In this document: positions 29,633-39,702 of the stretch, piece after piece
How the letters are laid out: each line of letters begins with the position of its first letter
Numbering within the stretch: position 1 is the stretch's first letter
NCBI GenBank assembly: GCA_965205265.1
Contig: CBDBGH010000003.1
Span: 800,001 to 864,000 of the forward strand
Length of the DNA: 64,000 bases
Source of the DNA: Alphaproteobacteria bacterium
Lineage (GTDB): Bacteria; Pseudomonadota; Alphaproteobacteria; Bin95
Direction: 5' to 3'
The notes under the pieces: generated by a model
What the model was told of the DNA's origin: nothing
The model's database searches: none
Seen by the model: the letters and a program-made list of their open reading frames with translations, nothing else
Program-made: the position numbers and the translations under genes

Positions 29633-30117
29633 GCATCTGGCCGGAGGGGTTCGCGCCGGAGATTCCGGCGGCCTGGGCGGGGCCGGACGGCTTCATGGCG
29701 CGGGTGCGCTATCTGGAGCTCTTCGAGGCCGTGCTGGAGCCGTTCGGCCGGGCGCTCGGCCTGCCGCCGGACTATCTGGAGCGAACCAATTGCAGCACCT
29801 TCGCGCTGGAGAGCCATGTCGTCTATCTGGACGACGCCCGCCCCGGCGAGCGGCTGCTGTGCCGGTTCCATTTCGCCGATGCCGACGCGAAACGCGTCCA
29901 CTATCTGCAGACGCTCCACCGCGCGCCCGACGGCCCGGCGCTCGCCGCCTATGAGTGCCTGTGCATGCATGTGAACCTGGAACTGCGCCGGGGCCTGCCG
30001 TTTCCCGAAGCGGCGGCAGCACGCGCGGGGAAACTGGTCGAACTTCACCGCCGCCACCCCTGGCCCGTCGGCCCCCGCCTCGCCATCCGCTTCCATGCGG
30101 AGGACGTCGCGGCATAG
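29629..30117 (+). CDS. Hotdog-fold thioesterase family protein
   Basis: TTG start overlapping the asd stop; TFALESHVVYL, DADAKRVH, CMHVNL. Confidence 0.7.
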   Translation: MSIWPEGFAPEIPAAWAGPDGFMARVRYLELFEAVLEPFGRALGLPPDYLERTNCSTFALESHVVYLDDARPGERLLCRFHFADADAKRVHYLQTLHRAPDGPALAAYECLCMHVNLELRRGLPFPEAAAARAGKLVELHRRHPWPVGPRLAIRFHAEDVAA

Positions 30118-30123
30118 GCGGCA

Positions 30124-31044
30124 TTACCCTCTGGCAGCGCGGCGAAGGCGGTCGTTGATCGCCCGGCCGAGGCCGCGCTCCGGAATTGCGGCGACGGCGA
30201 TGCCGCCCCCGCCATCGAGCCGGCGCAGCATGGCGAAGAGATTGGCGGCGGCCTCCACGAGGTCGCCCGACGGGCTGAGGTTCAGATCGCCTTCCACGGC
30301 CCCGAAGCCGAGCAAGGCTTCACCCGGGCGGGCCGAGGCCGCGTCCATCCTGAGCGGGCTGTCGGGCGCATAGTGGCGCAGCAGCATGCCGGGGGAGGGG
30401 CGCGGCGCATTGCCGGCCGAGGAGGCGGGCTCGGCGAGCGGACCGGTCTCCGCCTCGATGGCGTCGGCGTCCAGCGCGCCCGGCCTCAGCAGGACCGGCG
30501 GGTCCTCGCCGAGCGCGACCACGGTCGATTCGAGGCCGATCCGGCAGGGGCCGCCGTCGAGCACCGTCGCTGCGCTCTGCCCGAGCTCAGCCGCCGCGTG
30601 GGTCGCCGTCGTGGGGCTGAGGCGCCCGGAGCGATTGGCGCTCGGGCCGACCAGCGGCCGTCCGGCGGCGCGGATCAGCGCTTCCGCCAACGGATGGGCC
30701 GGCCAGCGCAAGGCCAGCGTGTCGAGGCCGGCCGATGCGAGCCAGGAGACCGGGGAGTCCGGCGCGCGCGGCAGCACCAGGGTGAGCGGGCCGGGCCAGA
30801 ACCTGTCCGCAAGGCGGCGGGCGCGGTCGTCGAAGACCGCCAGCGCTTCGGCCTCCTCCCGGCCCGCCACATGGACGATGAGCGGGTTGAAGCGCGGCCG
30901 GCCCTTGGCCTCGAACACGGCGGCGACGGCGCGGTCACAGGTGGCGTCGGCGCCCAGCCCGTAAACGGTCTCGGTCGGGAAGGCGACCAGCCCGCCGGCG
31001 CGGATCGACCGAGCGGCCTCTTCGATAGCCGCCCCCGAGGTCAC
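30124..31044 (-). CDS. tsaC: L-threonylcarbamoyladenylate synthase (Sua5/TsaC)
   Basis: VAFPTETVYGLGADA, KGRP..NPLIVH, PSANRSG, SPGML.RHYAP. Confidence 0.95.
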   Translation of the reverse strand: MTSGAAIEEAARSIRAGGLVAFPTETVYGLGADATCDRAVAAVFEAKGRPRFNPLIVHVAGREEAEALAVFDDRARRLADRFWPGPLTLVLPRAPDSPVSWLASAGLDTLALRWPAHPLAEALIRAAGRPLVGPSANRSGRLSPTTATHAAAELGQSAATVLDGGPCRIGLESTVVALGEDPPVLLRPGALDADAIEAETGPLAEPASSAGNAPRPSPGMLLRHYAPDSPLRMDAASARPGEALLGFGAVEGDLNLSPSGDLVEAAANLFAMLRRLDGGGGIAVAAIPERGLGRAINDRLRRAARG

Positions 31045-31808
31045 GACCCGCCCCAGGCGATGAACCAGGGGTTGGAGAAGCGGGCCTTGCCATAGAGCAG
31101 TTCCGGGCCGTCGTTGATTTCGCGCACGGAGCCGCCGGCGGCCGCCAACACGGCGTGGCCCGCGGCCGTGTCCCACTCGTTACTGCCGCCGTAACGTGGA
31201 TAGACATCCGCCTCGCCGCGTGCGATCAGGCAGAATTTGAGCGAGCTGCCGGCGTCGATCTGCCGCGCCACGTCGTAGCGGGCGAGGAAGCGGTCGATTT
31301 CGGTGCCAGCGCCGTATGTGCGGCTGACCGTGACCGTGATGCCGGATGCGGGGAATCGCCTCGTGCAGATTGCGCGCCGGCCGCCGCCGTCCTCCAGGAA
31401 GGCGCCGCCACTCTCCCGGCCCGCATAAAGCTCGCCCGAGGCCGGCAGATAAACGGCGCCCAGCACTGGCCGCCGTTGCTCGATGAGCGCAATGTTGACC
31501 GTGAATTCGGGGATCTTGCGGATGAACTCCTTGGTGCCGTCGAGCGGGTCGACCAGCCAGAACGGCGCGTCGTCGACCTCCGGGACCCGGCCTGCCGCGA
31601 CGCTCTCCTCGGCCACGACCGGTATGTCGGGCGCCAGAGCGGCAAGGCGCTCGATGATCAGGCGTTCGGCGGCCTCGTCCGCCTCCGTCACCTGGCTGCG
31701 GTCTGACTTGCGGCGGGCCTGAAGGTCCGGCGCGCGGAACCAGGGCATGATCAGCTCGCCCGCCTCGCGCGCGATCCGGCAGACGGACTCGAGCAGCTTT
31801 TCCTGCAT
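31041..31808 (-). CDS. cysQ: 3'(2'),5'-bisphosphate nucleotidase
   Basis: WLVDPLDGTKEF, GSSLKFC, EWDTAAG. Confidence 0.92.
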   Translation of the reverse strand: MQEKLLESVCRIAREAGELIMPWFRAPDLQARRKSDRSQVTEADEAAERLIIERLAALAPDIPVVAEESVAAGRVPEVDDAPFWLVDPLDGTKEFIRKIPEFTVNIALIEQRRPVLGAVYLPASGELYAGRESGGAFLEDGGGRRAICTRRFPASGITVTVSRTYGAGTEIDRFLARYDVARQIDAGSSLKFCLIARGEADVYPRYGGSNEWDTAAGHAVLAAAGGSVREINDGPELLYGKARFSNPWFIAWGGS

Positions 31809-31834
31809 GAGCGCGTTCCGTGCCTCGTCCGGCT

Positions 31835-32776
31835 CTAGCCGGCCCGCTCGTTCAGGTAGTGGAGCGGCAGGCCGGCCTCTGGCCAGTCGCAGGAAACCAG
31901 CCTGCCGGAATGGGAGAGCGTGATGAAGGCGGTGCGCAGGTCCGGGCCGCCGAAGCAGATATTGGTCGTGTAAGGGTCCGGCATCGGCACATGCTCCAAC
32001 CCCGACCCGTCGGGCCGGACGATGGAGATGCCGGGGTCCATCAGGGTGGCGACACAGATGTTCCCGGCCGCGTCCAGGGCCAGGCTGTCGAGCATGCGGT
32101 AGCCGTGCGTCTGGTTCACCAGCCGCCCGCCATGCGGGCTCGGCCAGGGATGCTTCTTCAGCACGCCCGGAGCCTCGATGTCGAAGGCCCAGATGCGCCC
32201 GGTCTGCGTCTCGGCGACATAGACCGCGCTGTCGTCGGGCGAGAGGCCGATGCCGTTCGGCGTGATGAGCGGGAAGGCCGCTTCGACGATGAGGGACCCG
32301 TCCGCGCGGGCATAGTGGATGCCGGTGCGATCCCAGGTCCGATCCCAGTCGCGAACCTTGCCGAGATCGGTGAACCAGAAGCCGCCCTCGCCGTCGAACA
32401 CAAGGTCGTTCGGGCTCTTGAGCCGGCGGCCCCCGCATTCGGTGTAGAGCGTCTCGACAGCGCCGGTGTCGAGGTCCACCGCCTCGATCCGGCCGCCGCT
32501 GTAGTTCCGCCCCTGCCCGACGGGGCGCATCAGCCCGCCCGGCTCGTCGAGCCATTCATTGCCGCCATTGTTGCAGATATAAACCCGCCCGTCGGGCCCC
32601 AGCGCCGCGCCGTTCGGCCCGCCGCCCGGCTCCGCCACGACCTCCTTGCGCCCGTCGGGATGGACGCGCGTCAACGTGCCGCGACGAATCTCGACAAGCA
32701 GCACTGAGCCGTCCGGCATGGCGATCGGCCCTTCGGGAAACATCAGCCCGTCGGTGACGGTCCGCAATTCGGTCAT
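31835..32776 (-). CDS. SMP-30/gluconolactonase family
   Basis: FPEGP, SPNDL, PNGIGLSPD, TTNICFGG. Confidence 0.9.
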   Translation of the reverse strand: MTELRTVTDGLMFPEGPIAMPDGSVLLVEIRRGTLTRVHPDGRKEVVAEPGGGPNGAALGPDGRVYICNNGGNEWLDEPGGLMRPVGQGRNYSGGRIEAVDLDTGAVETLYTECGGRRLKSPNDLVFDGEGGFWFTDLGKVRDWDRTWDRTGIHYARADGSLIVEAAFPLITPNGIGLSPDDSAVYVAETQTGRIWAFDIEAPGVLKKHPWPSPHGGRLVNQTHGYRMLDSLALDAAGNICVATLMDPGISIVRPDGSGLEHVPMPDPYTTNICFGGPDLRTAFITLSHSGRLVSCDWPEAGLPLHYLNERAG

Positions 32777-32819
32777 GTCGGCTCCCGTGGCAGCGCGTTG
32801 GGCCAATGGCGGCGGGCGC

Positions 32820-33617
32820 TCAGGCACCCCTGAAGACGGGCCGGCGCTTCTCCAGGAAAGCGTTGACGCCCTCAGCGTGATCGTCCGTCGTCATCGACAC
32901 CGCCATATGCTCGCCCTCCCACTGCAATTGCTGCTCCATGGGCGTGTGGAAGGCGGTGTTGAACAACGACTTGGCCTGGGCATAGGCGACCGTCGGTCCG
33001 GCGGCCAGGCGTTCGGCGAGTGTCCGCGTCTCCGTCTCCAGATCGGCTGTCGGCACGACCCGGTTCACGATGCCGAGCTCCAGCGCGCGCTCCGCGCCGA
33101 AACGGTCGCCGAGCAGCGCCAGTTCCATGGCCTGCTTCATCCCGAGCGTCCGGGCGAGGAAATAGGAGGAGCCGCCGTCCGGGCTTGCGCCGATATGGCA
33201 ATAGGCGAGCGTGAAGAAGGCGTCGTCGGCGGCGATCGCCAGGCCGCAGGCCGCAACCAGCCCGAGGCCGAAGCCGGCGGCGGCGCCCTGGACGCTCGCG
33301 ATCACGGGCTTGCGCATCCGGCGGATGGCGAAGATCGGCAGATGGATCGCATGGATGCCCTCGACCACGACGCGCTTGCGGGTCTCCCTGTCGATTTCGA
33401 GGCGCTCCTGCATGGCGCGGATGTCGCCGCCCGCCATGAAATGCCCGCCCGCGCCGCGCAGCACCACGCAGCGCACGGACCCGTCATGCTCCAGGTCGCC
33501 GATGACGTCCCGCATGTCGATGCGCATTTGCGGACTGAGCGCGTTGCGCGCCTTCGGGTTGTTGAGCGTGACCCAGGCGATTCCCTTGTCGATCTCGCAA
33601 AGCACCGTGTCGCCCAT
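32820..33617 (-). CDS. Enoyl-CoA hydratase/isomerase (PaaG-like)
   Basis: FMAGGD, IGASPDGGSS, EGVNAFLEKR. Confidence 0.9.
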   Translation of the reverse strand: MGDTVLCEIDKGIAWVTLNNPKARNALSPQMRIDMRDVIGDLEHDGSVRCVVLRGAGGHFMAGGDIRAMQERLEIDRETRKRVVVEGIHAIHLPIFAIRRMRKPVIASVQGAAAGFGLGLVAACGLAIAADDAFFTLAYCHIGASPDGGSSYFLARTLGMKQAMELALLGDRFGAERALELGIVNRVVPTADLETETRTLAERLAAGPTVAYAQAKSLFNTAFHTPMEQQLQWEGEHMAVSMTTDDHAEGVNAFLEKRRPVFRGA

Positions 33618-33684
33618 TTCGGCTTCTCCTTGTCTCGGGGCGGCCCAGATTGTAAGCGAGGCGGAACGCTTCGGGAAATCAGCG

Positions 33685-34887
33685 ATGCATCGGTACGGCG
33701 TGTTCGTCGTCATCGCCGGCGGCCTCGTGCTGGCATTCACCTTCGGGTCCCGCCAGTCCTTCGGCATCTACCTTGGCCCGATCAGTGCCGACCTCGGATG
33801 GTCGATTGCGGTCATGTCGTTCGCGCTCGCGGTCCAGAGCCTGTTCTGGGGGCTGAGCCAGCCTTTCTTCGGCTGGGTAGCCGACCGGTTCGGCACCGGC
33901 CGGACGCTGGTCATCGGCGCCGCGATCTATGCCGCCGGGCTGTTTTTCGCCAGCCGCATGGCAACCCCCGAAGGCGCTTATCTGTCGCTCGGTCTGCTTG
34001 TCGGCCTCGGCGCGGCCGGCTGCGGTATGCCCATCGTGATGACGGCCGTGGCGCGCACCTTTCCGAAGGAGCGCCATCCACTGGTCATGGCATTGACGGC
34101 AACCGGCGTTTCGCTCGGGCAGTTTTTCGTGACGCCGGCCGCGCCCGTCGTCATCGAGGCGTATGGATGGCGGGTCGGGCTGCTGGGCCTCATGGGCCTT
34201 GTCGGCCTTGTCGTGCTGCTGGCGATCGTGCTGCGGAGCCGGCCGGTGACAGCGGAGCGCGCCATGGAAGCGGAGCAATCGCTGCGCGAAGCGCTGACGG
34301 AGGCCTGGGGGCATTCCGGCTACCTGCTGCTGACCGCGGGCTTCTTCGTTTGCGGCTTCCATGTGCAGTTCATCGTGACGCATCTGCCGACTTTCATTGC
34401 GGAATGCGGACTGCCGGCCACCACCGGCGGCTGGGCAATCTCGGCAATCGGCATTTTCAACCTCATCGGCACGACGGCGGTGGGATTCCTCGGCAGCCGC
34501 TACCGCAAAAAATACCTGCTGAGCATCCTTTACGCCCTGCGCGCGCTCATGTTTGCGGTTTACGCCTTCACGCCCGTCACCACGACAACAACGCTCGTCT
34601 TCGCCGCCGGCCTCGGCTTGGCCTGGCTCAGCACGGTGCCGCTTACCTCGGCACTGGTCGGGCAGATTTTCGGCATCCGTTATCTGGGCACGCTGTTCGG
34701 CATCGTGTTTCTCAGCCACCAGGCCGGCTCGTTTCTCGGCTCCTGGCTCGGCGGCTATATTTTCGAGCTGACGGGCAGCTACGATACGGTCTGGCTCATC
34801 AATATCGCGCTTGCCCTGTTCGCCGCGATCATTCACCTGCCGATTGCCGACAAGCCTATCGAACGCCCGCTGGCCCAGCCGGCATAA
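33685..34887 (+). CDS. MFS transporter
   Basis: About 12 TM segments, GWVADRFG, GFFVCGFH, FLSHQ.GSFLG. Confidence 0.9.
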   Translation: MHRYGVFVVIAGGLVLAFTFGSRQSFGIYLGPISADLGWSIAVMSFALAVQSLFWGLSQPFFGWVADRFGTGRTLVIGAAIYAAGLFFASRMATPEGAYLSLGLLVGLGAAGCGMPIVMTAVARTFPKERHPLVMALTATGVSLGQFFVTPAAPVVIEAYGWRVGLLGLMGLVGLVVLLAIVLRSRPVTAERAMEAEQSLREALTEAWGHSGYLLLTAGFFVCGFHVQFIVTHLPTFIAECGLPATTGGWAISAIGIFNLIGTTAVGFLGSRYRKKYLLSILYALRALMFAVYAFTPVTTTTTLVFAAGLGLAWLSTVPLTSALVGQIFGIRYLGTLFGIVFLSHQAGSFLGSWLGGYIFELTGSYDTVWLINIALALFAAIIHLPIADKPIERPLAQPA

Positions 34888-34959
34888 CAGGAAAGTGATT
34901 GGCGGCCGGGGCGTTTCCTGCGCATTTGTTGCGTCAAGATGTGCAAAGGAGTGCATGGC

Positions 34960-35928
34960 ATGCAGATCCTGAGACGACGGGGCTGGGAACTGCCCGAGAG
35001 CGAGGCGACGCCGGAGGCGGTATTCCGCGACAGGCGCCGCCTGATCCAGGCGGCGGCGCTGGGCAGCATCGCGGCCGCTGCGGGTCCGATAGCGGCGCGG
35101 GCGGCCACGACCGAAGCCGACCCGACCGCCGACCTCTATCCCGGGCCGCGCAACCCGGCCTATACCCTCGACCGGCCGCTGACGCCGGAGAAGGTCGCGA
35201 CGACCTACAACAACTTCTACGAGTTCGGCTCCAGCAAGGGCATCTGGAAGCGCGCGCGCGACAATCTGCGCATCCGCCCCTGGACCGTGCATCTCGACGG
35301 CGATGTGGAAAAGCCCATCGAGATCGGGTTCGACGACCTGGTGCGCAGGATGGGCGTCGAGGAGCGCCTCTACCGCCACCGCTGCGTCGAGGCCTGGGCG
35401 ATGGCGGTGCCGTGGTCCGGTTTCCCGATGGCGAAGCTGGTCGAGTTCGCGAAGCCGCTCGCCAAGGCGAAATATGTCCGCATGGAGACCTTCAACGACC
35501 CGGACATGGCATCGGGCCAGAAGGAGTTCTGGTATCCGTGGCCCTATGTCGAGGGCGTCACAATGGAAGAGGCCACCAACGACCTCGCTTTCATCGTCAC
35601 CGGACTTTACGGCAAGCCGGTGCCGGCCCAGAACGGCGCGCCGCTTCGTCTGGCGCTGCCGTGGAAATACGGCTTCAAGTCGATCAAGTCGATCGTCCGC
35701 TTCACCTTCACGGACGAGCGGCCCAAGAGCTTCTGGGAGAAGGTGCAAGGCCGCGAATACGGCTTCTGGGCCAATGTGAACCCGGAGGTGCCGCACCGGC
35801 GCTGGAGCCAGGCCACGGAACGCATGATCGGCACCGACGAGCGCCGCAAGACGCTGCTCTACAACGGCTATGGCGAGTTCGTGGCCCATCTCTACGAGGG
35901 AATGGACCAAAGGAAGCTCTTCTACTGA
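34960..35928 (+). CDS. msrP: Protein-methionine-sulfoxide reductase catalytic subunit
   Basis: Tat-like RRR, YNNFYEFG, HRCVEAW, PWKYGFKSIKSI. Confidence 0.95.
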   Translation: MQILRRRGWELPESEATPEAVFRDRRRLIQAAALGSIAAAAGPIAARAATTEADPTADLYPGPRNPAYTLDRPLTPEKVATTYNNFYEFGSSKGIWKRARDNLRIRPWTVHLDGDVEKPIEIGFDDLVRRMGVEERLYRHRCVEAWAMAVPWSGFPMAKLVEFAKPLAKAKYVRMETFNDPDMASGQKEFWYPWPYVEGVTMEEATNDLAFIVTGLYGKPVPAQNGAPLRLALPWKYGFKSIKSIVRFTFTDERPKSFWEKVQGREYGFWANVNPEVPHRRWSQATERMIGTDERRKTLLYNGYGEFVAHLYEGMDQRKLFY

Positions 35929-35934
35929 GGACCG

Positions 35935-37314
35935 CTATTTCCCGTAGCGCCGGCGGAGCATGGCCATCGCGCCGCGGATGAACTGCGCTTCGCCGCCGCG
36001 GGGCCGGCCGGGCCGGTTCTCGCGGTTCCACGCCATCATGTCCACATGCGCCCAGGGAACGCCCGGCTCGATGAAGCGTTCCAGGAACAACGCCGCCGTT
36101 ATCGCGCCGGCAAGCGGCCCGTCGGACACATTGTTCATGTCCGCGACATCGCTGGAAAGCAGCTTGCGGTAGGGCTGGAAGAGCGGCATCCGCCAGACCG
36201 GGTCCTGCTCCGCCTCGCAGGATTCCAGCAGCGCGGCGGCCGCAGCGTCGTCATTGCAGAAGAGCGCCGGCAGGTCGGCGCCGAGCGCGGTCCGGGCGGC
36301 GCCCGTCAGGGTCGCGCAGTCGAGGATCAGGTCGGGTGATTCGCCGGAGGCCTCCGCCAGCGCGTCGCAGAGGATGAGCCGGCCCTCGGCATCCGTATTC
36401 CCGATCTCGACCGTCAGCCCCTTGCGCGTGCGGATCACGTCCATGGGCCGCATGGCATTGCCCGAAACGCTGTTTTCGACCGCCGGCACCATCAGCCGCA
36501 GCCGGACCGGCAGGGCAGCTGACATCACCATATGCGCGAGTCCCAGCATGTTCGCCGCGCCGCCCATATCCTTCTTCATCAGCCTCATGCCGGCAGGGGG
36601 TTTGAGGTCTAGGCCGCCCGTGTCGAAGCACACGCCCTTGCCGACGAGGGTGAGTTTCGGCCGGTCCGCTTCCCCCCAGACGAGGTCGATCAGCCTCGGC
36701 GCGACGGCAGCGGCGCGGCCGACGGCGTGGACGGTCGGGTAATTCGCGGCCAGCAGGTCATCGCCGACGATGGAGGAGACCCGCGCGCCGTGGCGGGTGC
36801 CGAGTTCCCGGACGGCGGCTTCCAGCCGCTCCGGCTCCATGTCGTTGGCAGGCGTATTGATGAGGTCGCGCACCATTGCCTGCGCCTCGACCGTCGCCAG
36901 CGCGGCGTTCCGGTCCGCATTCGCGGGCCAGACGAGGCTCGCATGGCCGCGGCCTTTGCTGTCGGAATAGGCATCGAACGCATAGCAGCCGAGTCCCCAG
37001 GCCGTCGCCGCCCGCGTCGCTTCCGCCGCGTCGAGATCGTTTTCGATGCGGAACGCGCCGCTGCGAAGCCTGCGCGGCAGGCCGCCCGGGGCCCACATGT
37101 CACCGGGCCCGTCCGAGCCGGCGAGCACGCGGGTCGGCCTGCCGTTCGCATCCGGGAGCACCAGCGCGCTGCCGGCTTCTGCCTCGAAGCCGTTGGCGGC
37201 CACCCAGTTGCATGCGGCAGGTGCTGCGCTCTCGAGCCAGCCTTGCAGGCTTTCCTTGTCCAGCATGAGGACGGGGATGGCATCGGGCGCATCGGCGAGA
37301 AAGATATCGCTCAC
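35935..37314 (-). CDS. M17 leucyl aminopeptidase family
   Basis: VGKGVCFDTGGLDLK, MKKDMGG, NTDAEGRL. Confidence 0.93.
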   Translation of the reverse strand: MSDIFLADAPDAIPVLMLDKESLQGWLESAAPAACNWVAANGFEAEAGSALVLPDANGRPTRVLAGSDGPGDMWAPGGLPRRLRSGAFRIENDLDAAEATRAATAWGLGCYAFDAYSDSKGRGHASLVWPANADRNAALATVEAQAMVRDLINTPANDMEPERLEAAVRELGTRHGARVSSIVGDDLLAANYPTVHAVGRAAAVAPRLIDLVWGEADRPKLTLVGKGVCFDTGGLDLKPPAGMRLMKKDMGGAANMLGLAHMVMSAALPVRLRLMVPAVENSVSGNAMRPMDVIRTRKGLTVEIGNTDAEGRLILCDALAEASGESPDLILDCATLTGAARTALGADLPALFCNDDAAAAALLESCEAEQDPVWRMPLFQPYRKLLSSDVADMNNVSDGPLAGAITAALFLERFIEPGVPWAHVDMMAWNRENRPGRPRGGEAQFIRGAMAMLRRRYGK

Positions 37315-37336
37315 GGGTCGGTCGTCTCCTGCCGGC

Positions 37337-38710
37337 TCAGAATTCGTAGTGCTCGTCAGTGAGCAGGGCGTCGAGTTCCGGGTCGTCTTCGCCCGGCACA
37401 TGGACGACGGTGTAGGTGAAATCGTCGCGGTCGAGCGGCATGGTGGCGTCGAGACCGAGCTTGTCCGAGACGCCGTTGTCCGCCGAGGGGTCGAGCTTCG
37501 AGCCCTGGGCACGCGGAACGACGAACAGGTCGCGCGCGGCCTGGAAGCGCGTTGCCACCGCCCATTCCACCGCCGTCGGGTCGTGGACATCGACATCCTC
37601 GTCCACCACCGTCACCTGCTTCACATCGGCATGGGCGGCGAAGGCGGCCATGATGACATTGCGCCCCTGGCCTTCCTGCGTCTTCCGCAGCTTCACATAG
37701 AGGTGGTAGCGGCACACCCCGCCGCGCGAGAGATGCACGTCGAGCACGGTCGGGCAGGTGCGCTGCAGATGCGCCGCGATGGTGGCCTCGCGCGGGATCG
37801 CGCCAAGCAGAAGATGCTCCATCGCCGCCGGCACGATGGTGTGGAAGATGGGTTTCGCACGCGTCGTGACCGCCTGCACCTCGATGGCCGGGTGCTTGCC
37901 GGCAGGCCCGTAATATTGCGGGAACTCTCCGAACGGCCCTTCGGTCTCGCGCACGCCCGGCAACAGGCGTCCCTCGATGACGATCTCGGCGCCGGCGGGC
38001 ACGCGCACCTCGTTGGTCGCGCATTTCACCACATCCAGCGGTGCGCCGTGCAGCGCGCCCGCGACCTCCAGCTCGTCATGGTCGACAGGCAGGATCGCCT
38101 GGCTGGCGAGCAGGGTCAGCGGGTCGACGCCGACCGCAACGGCTACATCGAGCGGTTCCTCGGCCGCTTCGGCGGCAGCGAAGAAATGATGCAGGTCCCG
38201 CGGCAGGATGAGAATGCCCATCCGCCTCGGCCCCGTGATCTGAAGGCGGTTGATCGAGACGTTCTGGATGCCGGTTGCCGGGTTGCGCGCGATGACGAGC
38301 CCGGCGGAGATATAGGCCCCGGCGTCGAGCGCATTGTGCTTCGGGATCGGAAGCGCGGCGGTGAGGTCGGGGCTGCGGTCGATGCGTTCCTGGCACGCGC
38401 CGTCGGCCACCTCCCGCCAGGGGAGCGGCTGCTCTGCCGCGGCCCGGAACCGGTCGAGCACCGCGCCGGGCTCGACGCCCATCGCCTCGGCAATCCAGCC
38501 CCGGTCCGAGACGAGGCCCGAGACGACCGGGATCTCGTGGCGGCGGCCGTCGAGGCCGAGCGGTTCGGGGAACAGCACTGCCTTGCGCGCGTCCCACCGC
38601 TTGGCGAGCGCGGCGAGGGTGAAGTCCAGCGAAACCCCCGGCCGGGCAACGGCGAGCCGGTCCGTGGCCTGCAGCCGGCCGAGCCAGGAACGGAGGGTGC
38701 GGTAGGTCAT
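37337..38710 (-). CDS. UbiD family decarboxylase
   Basis: DAGAYI, NVSINR, EIVIEG, EGPFGE, KLGLDAT. Confidence 0.9.
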   Translation of the reverse strand: MTYRTLRSWLGRLQATDRLAVARPGVSLDFTLAALAKRWDARKAVLFPEPLGLDGRRHEIPVVSGLVSDRGWIAEAMGVEPGAVLDRFRAAAEQPLPWREVADGACQERIDRSPDLTAALPIPKHNALDAGAYISAGLVIARNPATGIQNVSINRLQITGPRRMGILILPRDLHHFFAAAEAAEEPLDVAVAVGVDPLTLLASQAILPVDHDELEVAGALHGAPLDVVKCATNEVRVPAGAEIVIEGRLLPGVRETEGPFGEFPQYYGPAGKHPAIEVQAVTTRAKPIFHTIVPAAMEHLLLGAIPREATIAAHLQRTCPTVLDVHLSRGGVCRYHLYVKLRKTQEGQGRNVIMAAFAAHADVKQVTVVDEDVDVHDPTAVEWAVATRFQAARDLFVVPRAQGSKLDPSADNGVSDKLGLDATMPLDRDDFTYTVVHVPGEDDPELDALLTDEHYEF

Positions 38711-38777
38711 GCGGAAAGGCGTCCTCCAGCCGGATTGCGCATGTTAGCCGACAACGGTTTCATTGCGCTCATACGGG

Positions 38778-39653
38778 TCAGCCCCGGCGCGCGGCGACGG
38801 CTTCGGCGAGCGCGACCGTCCGTTTCGCCATTTCGACATGCAGGTTCTCGATCAGCCGCCCGTCCACCACGACGACGCCCCGGCCGGCCGCCTCCGCTTC
38901 GCCGTGGGCGGCGATGATCCGCTCCGCCTCGGCAAGGGCGTCGGGACCGGGCGAAAAGGCATCATTGCAGGGACCGACCTGTTTCGGGTGAATCAGCGTC
39001 TTGCCGTCGAAACCGAGTTCGGCCCCCTGGCGGCAGGCGGCGGCGAATCCCTCGTCGTCGGCGAAGTCCAGATGGACCCCGTCCAGGACGGCGAGGCCGT
39101 GCGCGCGCGCCGCCAGCAGGCAGAGGCCGAGCCCGGTGATGAAGGGCAGCCGGTCCGGCGTGTGGGCGGCGCCAAGCTCCTTGGCGAGATCGGACGTGCC
39201 CATGACCAGGGCGGCGAGGCGGTGGCCGGCCCCGGCGATGGCGTCCGCGCGGAGCATGGCGAGCGGCGTTTCCATCATGGCCCAGACGGCCATGCCGGCA
39301 GGAGCGCCTTGCCGTTCGAGCAGGGCGGCGGCCTGGCGGACCGTCGCCTCGCTTTCGACCTTCGCCAGCAGCGCCGCATCCGCGCCCGAGCCGGCGATGG
39401 CCGCGAGGTCGTCATGCCCCCAGGGCGTATCGAGGCCGTTGGCGCGAATGACGATCTCGCGCGGGCCGTAGGCTCCCGAACGCGCCGCCGCCACCGCCTG
39501 CGCGCGGGCCGTTTCCTTTGCATCGGGGCTGACGGCGTCTTCGAGGTCGAAGATCAGCACGTCGGCCGGCAGCGTCTTCGCCTTCTCCAGCGCGCCGGCG
39601 CGGGAGGCCGGCATGTAGAGGGCGCTGCGGCGCGGCTTGACGGCTTGGGGCAT
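38778..39653 (-). CDS. CoA ester lyase (CitE / malyl-CoA thioesterase-like)
   Basis: RRSALYMP, FDLEDAV, MMETP, GFDGKTLIHP.Q. Confidence 0.9.
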   Translation of the reverse strand: MPQAVKPRRSALYMPASRAGALEKAKTLPADVLIFDLEDAVSPDAKETARAQAVAAARSGAYGPREIVIRANGLDTPWGHDDLAAIAGSGADAALLAKVESEATVRQAAALLERQGAPAGMAVWAMMETPLAMLRADAIAGAGHRLAALVMGTSDLAKELGAAHTPDRLPFITGLGLCLLAARAHGLAVLDGVHLDFADDEGFAAACRQGAELGFDGKTLIHPKQVGPCNDAFSPGPDALAEAERIIAAHGEAEAAGRGVVVVDGRLIENLHVEMAKRTVALAEAVAARRG

Positions 39654-39702
39654 GAAGGCGGATTCCTTGTGCGGGCGAGTCGTCGGCAACAGGGCGGACA
39701 TC

